DNA of 64,000 nt from the NCBI RefSeq assembly GCF_009914755.1, contig NC_060929.1; one strand, 5' to 3'. Below, one piece after another: positions 21,687 to 40,198 of this stretch. Source of the DNA: the human T2T-CHM13v2.0 reference genome, Homo sapiens. Positions within the stretch are counted from its first letter, which is position 1, and every line of letters starts with the position of its first letter. The position numbers and the translations under genes were made by a program. The notes beneath the pieces were generated by a model. That model did no database searches. It was not told the origin of the DNA and was given only the letters and a program-made list of their open reading frames with translations.

Positions 21687-22381
21687 TGGTGGGTTGGTGG
21701 ATACATGGATGGATGGATGGATGGATGGATGGATGGATGGATGGATGGATGGATGGTTAGGTAGATAGGTGGAAGGCTGAATGGGTAGATGAGTGGGTGG
21801 GTGGATGGATGACTGGATGGATGATTGGGTGGACAGACGGAAAGGTAGATAGGGAGTAGGTAAATAGATAGATGGGTAGATAAATGGATAGAAGGATAAA
21901 ATGGACGGATGGGTGATTGGGTGGATGGATAGATAAACAGATGGATAATTCGGCAGATGAAGGGAAGGATGGAATGGTGAGTGAGTAGAAGGATGGGTGG
22001 ATTGTTAGGTGGATAGATGGAAGGTGAGTGAGTGGGTAGATGAATCAGTGGATGAGTGGATGAATGGATGGATGAATGGATGGGTGAATGACTGGGTGGA
22101 TAGATGGATAGGCAGACAGGTGAGTAGGTGGATTGATGCGTGGATAAATGAATGGAAGGATGGATGATTAAGTAGATAGGTAGATGAATGGGTGGACAGT
22201 TGGATGGATGGATGGAAAGTTGAGTGGGTAGATAGGTGGATGGGTGGAGGGGTGAGTGGGTGGAAGGATGGGTAGACGGATGGGTGGATAGATGAATAGG
22301 TAGATAGGTGAGTAGGTGGATAGATGGGTGAATAAATGAATGGATGAGTGGATAGATAGGTGAACGGTTGGGTAGATGGGG
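21687..22381. repeat. (GGAT/GGGT/AGAT)n low-complexity array with a pure (TGGA)n core at ~21705-21756
   Basis: Seen directly. Confidence 0.95.
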
Positions 22382-22538
22382 GAGTGCAGGATCGCAGGCA
22401 AAATGAGTTTCCTTTTGCCTCCTTGATTCCCCCACTTCATGCTGTAGACAGACAGCCCTCTCACCAAAGGACCAATGCCCACTCCTCTTACCATAGCCCC
22501 ACCCTGTTACCACCATTGGTGGCCCTTCCCAGGCTTGC

Positions 22539-22669
22539 CTGAGAAATCTCATCTCCTCATCCTTCTTCTCATCTTCGCTGATGATCTTGGAGGTGGTGAT
22601 GCTCACCTCCACACCATCCACCACAAATTTGCGTGTCCGCTTGAGGGTTTTTTTGTACAGTTTCGGGTC
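22539..22669 (-). CDS. STK10: STK10 coding exon (~exon 10), 131 nt, [43 protein letters not shown](R); GC donor
   Basis: ggccag|GAC ... CTCAG|gcaagc; SLK/LOK motif [16 protein letters not shown]; the GC donor restores the frame into the next exon (FLR-RQELRE). Confidence 0.94.
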
Positions 22670-22961
22670 CTGGCCAGGGAAAACCATTAGACAAGTCTCA
22701 GCATTTCAGCTAAGGACCCATGGCTGTCGCAGCAGGTGAGGCCACAGCTCTGCTGGGCCCACAGCTTCAGAACCACCCCCAGAGAGATGTGGCCATCCAT
22801 CGTCCCTCTTGCCTCAACTTAACCTAGGAGCTGGGGGTTCTGAGCTTATTCCCTTGCTCTTCCCTGATCTCAGCCTTCAGAAACTGTGCTGAGGCCTCCC
22901 CTACCTTGCTGCCAGCACCTCTCATGCATCCAGGACATGGTGTCAGAAAGAGCTGCGTTCT

Positions 22962-24138
<1,177 letters not shown>

Positions 24139-25718
24139 CAAAGACTCTTTTTGGTGTAGCCCAGCCCTGCCTTCCTAACACGGGGCCTCCCAGCCCCTGA
24201 AAGAGGAGTGAGGAGCCAGCGTGGCAGGTCTCTTGACCCCTTGAAATCTATGCTGAGCTCCACTCCTGCTGAGTCGAGAGGGGCAGACTGTTTTTGCTCC
24301 CTGAGGTCTGGGCCCCTGTCTCCTGCCCATGGCACCTCGCCCAGGGGCTCTGGACAGCATCAGCATGGACCCAGCATGCCCGACTCTCATCTCTCTACGG
24401 TGACCAGCTCACATGTGCCAGGACCCAGTCAGGATGGGTCAGGCCAGCAGTGAGAAGTAGAGGCCGGCAGGAGTGAGAGTGGAGGGGAAGAAAGGGCACC
24501 CACAGCCACAGCCCTCTGCTGAGAACTGCTCCTGGCCAGGGGGCCTCCATCCCTGAAGGAACAGGCTCCTAGTCACGCCAGGGGGTGCCGGCACAGCGGG
24601 GGACTCTCATGAGAACGGCCTGAGGTCCCTGACGCAATGCAGTCAACCAGAAACATTCTCCACAGCCTTGAGAAGAGCAGGGGAGCCCCTGCTTTAGGTG
24701 GGTCTGTCTCATTAAAAAAACAAATAAAAACACCTTTTTTTCACTCAGTGTCTTCAGGAAGAGAAGTGGCAGGATGCCGGTCCTAAGGAAGACGCTGCTC
24801 ACAGGTAACAGCTGCTGTGCATGCTTGTCCCGGTGGCCTGTTGGAACTGTGCTTCCCTTCCCTGCCTAAAGCTGATTGGCCGTTGCGGCTCCTGTCACTC
24901 CCCTTTGCTTAGCAAATATGTTCGAGTCTCTACTGCGTGTTTTTCACCAAGTACATTTGGGAAGGAAAAACAAAATCATACAGTATTTCCTCTAAAATGA
25001 GCTTTGGGTAGAGGGTCAGGTGACCCATGGTGAGTTTAGTAACACCCCGGGATTTATCGGGGAGGCCAGGAAAGGAGTCAGCCCCTTCCAGCTCCCTAAG
25101 AAGGAGGCCATGGCTCCCACTGGGAAGGTTTAGAGTTTGGAGCCTGGGGTCTGTCCATCTTCCCACTCCTACCTGGCCCTGGGCTGGCTCCTCACTTCTC
25201 TGAGCCTCCATCTGCTTATCTGTAAAGTGAGAGGATGAAGGAGCCTGTCTGTTCTTTTTAAAGCACTTTGTACAGGGTTCGCCTCAAGCCCAGGCCTCTA
25301 GTGCGGTGGCTATCGTCATTCGCAACACTGCCCACCTCCAGAAAGGCCCCGGAGGCGGGGAAGATGGCTTTGAGCTGTTTCCTTTAGTTGGATTTACCAG
25401 TTATCAGCTGGGTCTCGTGGCTGACCTCTGGATGACAGAACTTCATTTGTAGCTAAGGCCTAAGAGTTCTCTCTCCCAAATTTTACCAGGGCCTTTTACC
25501 AAGCTTTGAAATTTAAACCCAAACCAACTGCTTTACATTCCTAAATCCCATATTGAACCCAGATATTTTGGAGATTAAACTATGAGTCAAACCCAAAACC
25601 CCCTAATGAACCACTTAAAATGCAAGGAAGCCCCTAAATGCTTTTGAAACCAAAATGGAGCCACAGAACATCCTGCAATGGTCTTGCTGCAAGCCCGTGG
25701 TGGCAGAGGCGGTGTTAC

Positions 25719-26267
25719 CTTGATGGACAGAGAGCCCATCTCTTTGTTCAGCGACAGGTCAGTGGAGAGATTGGTACCATAGTCCATGCTCTCAGAGGTG
25801 CAGAGGCTGCTGCAGTCCGAGTCCCTCTTGGAAGGCCCTGGAGCTGCCTGGGCAGGTGGCTCCAGGCTGCCATTGGCCAGCTTCTCCCCACCCAAGGTCT
25901 CCAGGGCGCTGCTGTTGGGCCGGCTCTGGCTGGCCTTTTGAGATCTGTTGGCTGCTGGGCTGAGGTCCCCACCCTGCTCAGCAACTTGCTTCTCCTGGGC
26001 TACCTGAATTCTGGCATCCATTGACACGGGTCGGGACTTCCGCAGGGGCACAGGCACTGCCAGGCCGTTCTCATTTCCAGGGGCCACGACTGGGGGACTG
26101 GTGGTTTGGAGGGATCTGTCCCCAGAGGGCTGGCTGCAGGGCTCATTCACACTGTCCTGAGACTGGCTGGGTGCCAGCGGGGTGGAAGGTGACTCCTCGA
26201 GAGGCTTGTCAGCATTGAGGCTTGGCGGACTCACCTCAGAGGAGTTCTGAGTATGGTTCTCCAGGGT
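25719..26267 (-). CDS. STK10: STK10 coding exon (~exon 9), 549 nt, Pro/Ser-rich linker [21 protein letters not shown]...KEMGSLSIK
   Basis: ttttctag|ACC ... AAG|gtaaca; open frame overlaps ORF 25587..26234; phase 0 to 0. Confidence 0.95.
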
Positions 26268-26559
26268 CTAGAAAAATATATATATATATATTAAAGGCCA
26301 TGCTGCTGTATGTTCAAGGCAAGAGTCAGAGATGCAGTGGAGAAAGTCAGACACCCTCAAGATGAAGTGGGCCAGCGCCAAGAAAGGAGAGCAGATATCT
26401 CCCTAGCCAGTCTTCAGCACTCCCTATTGCCTAACCGTAATACAATTACTACTTATTTTGAGGCATGGCAATCTCCTCACTATCTCTAATCTCAGCTGAA
26501 TGTAATAGCTGTTATTCCTGCTAGGAGGCAGCTGTGGCCAGCTGGCCAGCTCATGGCCC

Positions 26560-27150
26560 ACAGGGAGGGGTCAGTGGCCGCTCCATTCCAGCCAATTGTG
26601 ACAATGTGGGAAAATGGCTCCCCTGTGGCCAAACCTTCCCAGTTTTTTAATTTTAATTTTTTATTTTATTTATTTATCTATTTTTTTGAGACAGGGTCTT
26701 GCTCTGTCACCCAGGCTGGAGTGTAGTGGTGCCATCTTGGCTCAATGCAACCTCCACCTCCTGGGTTCCCACCTGGGAGTGGTCCTCCCACCTCAGCCTC
26801 CCGAGGAGCCTCCCGAGTAGCTGGGACTACAGGTGCATGCCACCACACCCAGCTAATTTTTGCATTTTTTAGTAGGGACAGGGTTTCAGTATGTCACCCA
26901 GGCTGGTCTCAAACTCCTGGACTCAAGTGATCTGCCCGCCTCGGCCTCCCAAAGTGCTGGGATTAGAGGTGTGTGCCACCGCACCCAGCCAAACCTTCCA
27001 ATTTTTTAAGACAAGTTTGAAATCTAGGTTTTTAATGGACATCTCTTAATTTTTAGGTGGCAACTAACTCATATTTTTTAAAAAATCATATAAAGGCCAA
27101 GCCAAGCCTGTCTGGGGACTGGATTCAGCCCTTGTGGCCACTAAGTTTTC
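26560..27150. mobile_element. MER102-like hAT fragment interrupted by an Alu (26650-26990); a second MER102-like piece in opposite orientation lies at ~28150-28545
   Basis: gaaatctagg.tttt.atg..atctc...tggcaactaa motif and its reverse complement; boundaries approximate. Confidence 0.5.
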
Positions 27151-28585
27151 AGCTTCATTTTTGTTTTTTAGAGTCTTTGTTGGGTGGAAAGTACTGGAAA
27201 TGTTGCTATGCTAAGGTGAAACAGAACATTCTTCCTGTGTATAAAACATAAACATCCAACTTGGTGAATAGAGTGAGTATCCATGTAGCCACTTTCCAGG
27301 TCAGGAGGGGACATTGCTTTGCCCCAGAGGGCCATCCCCTGCCGCCCCGTCCTTCTCAGTGGCAATGCTCTCCCACCTCTTGACATAGTCACTGTCCTAT
27401 GGTCTCTAAGTGCTACAGATGAGCTGTGCCTGCTTATAAACGTGGTATGAATGGATTTATACTATAAGTATTCCTTTGGGTCTTGCCAGCCACCGGTTTT
27501 TAACCTCAGCTATGGCAGCTGGTGGAAGCAACTCCAATCTACCTTCTAGTCAACACCCAGAGTGATGGCTCAAAAACGCAGATCTGATTCTGTCACCTCC
27601 ACCCCAATACCCAGTCCCTGCCTGAAACCCTTCGGGGCTCCCAATACCCACAGGACAAAGATCAGCCTCCTGCATGCAGACAATGAGGCCAGGTGTGAGC
27701 GCTTTCTACCTCCTCCTGGAGCCAGGCCCCACTGAGGTTCTCCTACTCCAAATCCACCCCTGGCCCTGCCATCTATCGGCTCAGCCAGCCACTTCACTGT
27801 ATCGATCTCAGTTTTCCTGTCTGTAAGCTGGAGCTTGGTTACCCTGTGTCAGAGCTGTAGAGGGCCCGGCAGCCACCAGGGGCTCCATGCATGGCGGGGG
27901 TGGTTGTGATGATTCCGCTTGCCCTGCCCTTCGGGCTTTCCTTCTTCACCCTGGTGAGGGTCTGCGCCAGCCTCAGGCTCCACCCAGGACTGAATTAAAT
28001 TTGAGGAAGCTGCAGTGCCGTCCACAGCACAAGGATGTGGGCCAGCTCCATCCCCTGATGGGTAAGTCCAGCCCCTGCTTCTCTAGGCACAGGGAGCCAC
28101 CGGGATGGCCACCCTATCCCTGGGAAGAGGCCTCCCCAAGTAAGGCCAGGGATTACGGAGCAACAGCTTGGGCCAGAATCCAGCCCACAGACATGTTTTC
28201 CTTGGCTCACAGGGTTTTTACAAATTTAAATTAGCTTTAATTTCAATCTAAATCCAGCAAGCACTGAAGCTGCAAAAGAGTTCCAAATGTGCCCAGACAT
28301 GGGTCCCCTTGGCACTGAGGGCAGCTAGAGGGGGGCCAGGGTGTTGCCTGTGGCCATATGCAGCCTCCCATATTTATCCCAAAATGAGCTAAAAACAGTC
28401 TCATTTGGTATGTGAGCTGTGACAGGAACAAAGGATGGGAAGCCATGAATCAGTTACCAACTTTTAAAAATTGGAAGATTTCATGTGAAAATCTAGATCT
28501 CTGGTATCTCCTGAAAACTCACAGGATCGGGATCTGGCCAACACCCCCTGCTGCCTCACCCCGGCCCACATGCCATCTTACGTTA

Positions 28586-28891
<306 letters not shown>

Positions 28892-29355
28892 TTAGAACCA
28901 CTCTGGGGTCACGGTGGGGTGGAAGAGGCTGGGGGAGCTCACCCCCGGGGCAGAAAAGGCCAGCCTCATTCCTGAGCAAAATGTGCACATGAACTTGGAG
29001 ACCCAGAGACAGCCTGGAAAGTCCCAAGTGTGTTGGAAAGAGGGCAGATCCCAGCTGTGTCTCTCAGCGGCTGTGTGACCTTGAGCATGTCACTTAACCT
29101 CTCTGAGCCACAGGCTCCTCATCTCTCAAGTGGACACGTTAACAATGAACCCACAGGGAGGTCATGCGGATTAAATGAGATCATGCACTTGAAAATGCTT
29201 AGCCCAAAGTAGGGGCTCAAGCCGTGTTTGCAAGGGAGGGTGTCTATTTTCCTTTTTAAAAGGTTTTAATATATAGTTTTATAAAATATGCTACATACAT
29301 TTTGTTGAGGAATAACATTCCTACAGCAAAGTTCACAGGTTGTAAAGCTCAATGA

Positions 29356-29650
<295 letters not shown>

Positions 29651-31156
29651 TGACTTTTTACATATATATGCACGCACCGTAACTGCCACCCAGCTCAAGA
29701 TACAGAACATTTCCATCACCGGGGAAGGCTCCCGTCTCCCTTGGCAGGCAACCCCACTCCCACGCCGCCAGCCTCGGGAGCCTGCTCCTCAGCTTCCTAG
29801 AAACAGAGCATCGTGTGTGCAGTCTTTCGCGTTGGCTTCCTTTACTCAGCGTCATGACTGTGAGATTCACCTACATTGTCGCCTATTTCAGTAAACTGTT
29901 CCTGTTTTATTTCTGTGCAGGGTCTCACTGTATGACTACGGCACAGTTTGTTTATTCATCCTGCTGCTGCTGGACATCTGGGCTGTTTCCCATTTTTGGC
30001 AACTATGAATAAAGCTGCAAGAGACATTCTCGTATATGTCTTTGGGTGGACATATGTGTTTGGTTTTAAGAAAGGAAATACAAGATCTTGAGGCAGAGTG
30101 GTGTATGTTCTATTCTAGGTTTTTATACAAATGTCAGAGTCTTATTTAAAAGTGAATGTTCTTTTACGGACCTTGCAAAACGCCAAAGCAAAAGGTCTCA
30201 GCGATATTAAGTCAGTGTGAGGTATCCTGAGTGAGGGCACCCGGGTATAGCCAGGGATGTGGGATTCCTCAACCCACCACGCTCACCGAAGGCCACTGGG
30301 AAAGGAATGATGGGGTGGGGTGGGAGGCATCATGAAGCTAGAATTTGCTCATTTACAATATACAGGAAGGCTCTGATGAAATTCACTGTTTTTACTCTCA
30401 GACAATTTATCCGGGGAGGAAGTGTCAACAAGATTGCTGGGGAAGTATTTAAACGACTAAAAAACAAATTTCTAGCACCTGGAAAACACATTCAGAACGT
30501 ATATGTTCATCACAAATCATTCTTATCTGTTTGTTCATTTAAAACAGTTCATTTGGCCGGGCGCGGTGGCTCAAATGATAAACAAGAGAATTCCAGATCT
30601 TGTATAGCTGAGGGTGGTGGAGACTAAAGTCTGCAGGCAGAGGGGCCTCATTCAAGGTCAAATTCAAGCTGAGACCCAAGGGAAAGATCTGGGCACAGAG
30701 AATTCCAGGCAGAGGGAGCAGCTGGTACAAAGAAGGCCCTGAGACTGGACTGAGCTTGTTGGGCGGCAGGAGCCATGAGACGGGCAGGATGGTGGGACAC
30801 ACAGGATGCAGAGGAAGGATGGGCCGTGTGTGCAGGTGAGCCACAGAGACTGTCCTCACAAGCCACCAACAGGCTGCAGTGCAGCAGTGATATTCACTAC
30901 TACCCTTTAGAGATGTCATTCTGGCTGCTCTGTACTTTTAAGAGGTCTTGAGTGGGGCGTTAAGGGTTTACTAATCATAGGAGGCAAAGTAGCATGCAGT
31001 TAAGAGTGCTGGCTGTAGACTCTAGAACCAAGGCACCTGGTAAAATCCAGCTTCCACCAACTTGGGCAAGTCACTTAACCCTGAGTCTCAGTTTGCTCAT
31101 CTATATACTAGGAACAGCTGTTATAAGCATTATGGTAAATGCTCAGATATGGCAGC

Positions 31157-31521
31157 CATCATCATCATCATCACCACCACCACCATCATCACCTTCACCA
31201 CCATCACCACCACCATCACCACCATCATTACCATTACCATCATCACCACCACCACCATCATCACCTTCACCACCATCACCACCATCATTACCATCACCAC
31301 CATCATTACCATTACCATCATCATCATCACCACCATCACCTTCACCACCATCACCACCATCATTACCATCACCATCATTATCAACATCATCATCACGACC
31401 ATTACCATCACCACCATCACTATCACCATCATTACCACCATCATCCCCATCACCATCACCATTACACCCATCACCACTATCATCACCATCACCATGACCA
31501 TTACCATCACCACCATCACCC
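31157..31521. repeat. Imperfect (CAT/CAC)n trinucleotide array, ~365 bp
   Basis: Seen directly; it generates the poly-His, poly-Thr/Ile and poly-Pro/Ser ORFs. Confidence 0.95.
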
Positions 31522-31565
31522 CCGTCAGCAGCAGGAGCAGCAGCACAATCAGAAAAGCCCGTTAT

Positions 31566-35060
<3,495 letters not shown>

Positions 35061-36951
35061 TTAAGAGCAAATTCAGCCAGTATCTACTCAGCACCTCACA
35101 TGTGACAGCTGTATGTTAAAAATGTTACATACAAAATCTCATTCACTCACACAATCCTGTGCAGCCAGCACTCTCTACATCTTACAGATGAGGAAACTGA
35201 GGCACAGAGTGAGAACCATGCAGATTCTGGGTGGGGGGGGCGGGGCATGGAATGTCTGATTTCAGAGCCTGGTTACTAACCACAAGTTGGTCCAGGCCCA
35301 AAGAATGTCTGCAGGAGTCAATGAATGAATCACAAACCAATGGGGGCGTGAATCACTCCGCCCAGGGCGGGACACAGGGAGACGTGAGAGCCAGGCACTT
35401 CTTGGAAGCCGGTAGACACCCTGAAGGCTGACAGCACTGGAGGTGGGGGCTGGGAAGCCAAGATCTGGGCCCACCTCTGTCACTCAAAGCCAAGCGGCCT
35501 GGGGCCAGTCACCTCCCTGCTCTGATCCCGGTGTCCTCCCGAGGGGGTAATGCCATGCCCACCCTCTCTCACTGGAGAGGAAAAGGCGCGTGGGTGAAGC
35601 CAGCAGCAGCACAGGCGTGAAAGGTGCTTTATTCATCTCCAGAGATCGCTCCTTTGTTCTGCAACCCTTTCTGCTGGACGGTAAGAATCCTCTGGCAGGA
35701 CATTTTTTCCAAGTATGGAGCGGAAATTCCTGGCTGAGGCTGCAGCTCCGGAGCTGCCATATGGGGATGGGGGACAGCTGGTCTCTCCGTGGAATGTCCT
35801 GGAGGCCGGATGTATCAGGGCAGGAGGTGCCTCTTACAGGAAACAATTGGCCCCAAGCGGCTTGGACAGTGACAGCAGCCCCACTCGACCCCACCCACTT
35901 CAGGGGGCCCCAGCCCACTCCCAACAATACCCAGAAAATGAGGCCTTTGGGCACTCCAGAAATTTGCTTTCAAATACGTTATAGAAATGTAAAAGGAACA
36001 ACTGTGACCCCCCACCCCCGGCAGTAGATAGACCTCATTTTGCATTCTGGTTCTTTTCATTTTTAAAAAAATAAATACCTCAGTCCTATGCATCAAGCAT
36101 TCCTGGAGCACTGTGCTTAAGAGTTAAGCTAAGCGCTTCATAGTACCTCTTCATTTAATCCTCACAACCACCCAGTAAGGGGACTGCTGCTATTCACTCC
36201 CATTTCAGAGTGACAAGCAAGTCACAGAGAGGTTAAGCCATTTGCCCAGGGGCTCACAGCCAGTAAATGGCAGAGCTGTCGAACCCTGGACTTTCCCGCC
36301 CCAGCTCACACTCATAATAACTAAGCTGCTACCCCAGAAGGACGCACAGTGGCTCAGAATGCCGACCACAGGCCCAGTGCATGGCACACAGTAGGAAGCT
36401 GGGAAAAGCTGGGTGAATACAAAGACTCAAGTGCCTGGTGTGGCGCCTTCCTCCCCTTCCTGCCACTGCACCTCTAAGGCTGTCATGCTGAGGGCAGGAC
36501 CGGAGCCGACACGGCAGTGAAAGGGCAGCCCTGTTGCATCACCCAGGCCCATTCCTCCCCCTCTTCCATCAGTGGCAGTGACATGGGGACACTGGTCGGC
36601 AGATTTGCAAATGACCGGGCAAGTGCTGTGCACAGCCCTCAGAACACTGCTGTGGACACACCGACCTCACCCAGCCTCCAGCCATGACGCCCTAACTCGA
36701 GGCATGGGCCCAGGCAAAGAGTGGCTCACAGCTCCCTCCAATAGTTCAAAAAGCTTCAAGGAAACCATTATCCACCTGCCCATTCTAAGGCAGTACAGCC
36801 AGCTAATGAGATGCTCAGAGTCTCCTGATCCCGCATACAGCAGCCAGAAGGCAGGAAGACCCTTGTAAATGGATGTCGATGCTGTGTCTCCCCTAATGCA
36901 CAGATAAAGCCCAGGACCTGGCTCTGGCTTGCAAGGCCCTGCAGGACCCTG

Positions 36952-37415
36952 TGTGCAGAAAATAACACAGCAAGCTTCAGAAAGGGCCGCTAACAAGGTT
37001 AGATCCTCAGCTGGTCTCTGCAAACTAGGAGAGGGCTCCCACCATTAACTAATAAGAGTGGCCCGCTCTGCCTAAACTGTTCTGCAAACAATATGGCTTA
37101 GGTGGAATACCTCCTTTCCTTCTAGAGTCTGGAACTCTGGTCTGTGCCAGGCAGGGGGTGCTTATGTGACCACTACCCACTAAAAACCCTAAGGGGCTTC
37201 CGTGGTGGACAGCACAGAGAATTAAGCTGTCCTGGTGACTGTACTGGGAGAGGGCCCTGGAAGCTTGCACCTGGCTCCCAAGACCTTTTCCCACACACCT
37301 CCTCCTTGGGCTGAGTTCTCTCTGTGCTTTTGCTGTCCTAAGTCTCCTGTGGGGAGAGAATATGCTGAGGCCAGGTGTTCTCCTAGGGAACCATCGAGCC
37401 TTGGGACAGACGCCC
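36952..37415 (+). mobile_element. MER68-like ERVL solo LTR
   Basis: Starts tgtgcagaaaa; internal taagagtggc...tgcctaaactgtt.tgcaaacaatatgg matches the recalled MER68 consensus. Confidence 0.6.
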
Positions 37416-37962
37416 CAGTGCCTCTCCGCTCTCGTCTCCCCTCCCCTGGCCCCTGTGCTCCTGCTCCCCCACCTCCCACCCCCACCCCCTGGCTCTTCCC
37501 AGCATGTGTGGAACATGCTGCTGTCCCAGGCGTTTGCCTCCTCTCCCTCTGGGCCACTGGCCTTGCTCCTTCCCTTCCTGTGGACATCTGCTCACCCAGA
37601 GAACCCTTCCTTATCCTCCCTTACAAGACAACAGCTGATCCCAGGCGCCCCACCCCTGCACTGTGGATCTCCTTCCGTGGCACTGGCCACCCCCTGCCAC
37701 GCACACATACTTGCTTATTTGCCACCTGTATCCCCACTGGAACACACGCTCCATGAGGACAAGGTCTGGGTGGCTTCGTTCCCCAAGGCACTCCCAACAC
37801 AGAGCTGGCATTCAGGAGGTGCCTGGGGAATACCCGCTGATGGACAAACAGCTGTCCATGCTGTTCCCTGGGCGGGGTGAGAACATGCCCAGCGTCCAGG
37901 TCACTGGTGAGTTCATTAGGCTCCACCCTTCAGGGAGCAGAGTGGGAGGGGAATCCACTCAC

Positions 37963-38044
37963 CTCCAGCAGCTGCGCGGCACTGGGTCGGGTTTCTGGGT
38001 TCTTATCCAGGGCTATCTTCAGGAAGTCACGGAACTCTACAGAC
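37963..38044 (-). CDS. STK10: STK10 coding exon (~exon 7), 82 nt, [27 protein letters not shown]
   Basis: tcccag|G ... GAG|gtgagt; kinase subdomain XI; phase 2 to 0. Confidence 0.96.
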
Positions 38045-38437
38045 CTGGGAGGACAGGCGTCAGAGGTAAGCATGGAGGAGGCAAGAGCAGAGAGAAGCCC
38101 CCCACGTCACAGACTCCACTGTCCCAATCATGCCCCTCAAAGGACAGAGGAAACTTTCACAAGCTAAAACAGTGACAGGGCCTACACGACGCCCTTTTCA
38201 TCATGGACACCACTGTCCAGATGGGGACCCAGACATCGGCGAGGAGCAGGGACGTGCCCAGGCCACGCAGTGAGGAGACTCAGCAGTGCCGGGATTTGAA
38301 CCCAGGCCCCCGATGTCCCGCCCAGGGTGTGCCATGTGGCTCCTGCGGCTCAGCTGGGGCTCCTGTTCCCCAGTGGGAGCCAGCTTATTTGGGTGACTTG
38401 GTTTGCTCTGGTGAAGATCTCATGTCAAGTGCACAGA

Positions 38438-38852
<415 letters not shown>

Positions 38853-38945
38853 CTACCACTGCACCTCCCCAGCCCCGTCCACCACATATTCCAGCCCTAA
38901 TCCCGGCGCAGGCACCCCGGCAGGTGGCCCTGCCCCTGCCCCTCA

Positions 38946-39810
<865 letters not shown>

Positions 39811-40105
39811 ATCCTGTTTTATGGATTCTAGTTCAGTTATTAATGGAGTGCCTTCTATGTGCACCATTTCATTTCATTCTCACAGTAGCCTTATTAAGTA
39901 GGGGCCATTATATCCCTAATTTTATGGATGAAGAAACTGACGCACGGGAAAGCTAAACAGCTTGTCCAAGGTCACACAGCTAGTAAGCCACGAGGCAGGG
40001 CGTGTAGCCCTTGTCTTCCGGCCCCTCTCTGTCTAAAGCGCCTGGTGGTCACCTTGGAGAGTTTTTACATCCAGTCCATTCCATTTCCAGAAGCTACACG
40101 ACTCA

Positions 40106-40198
<93 letters not shown>

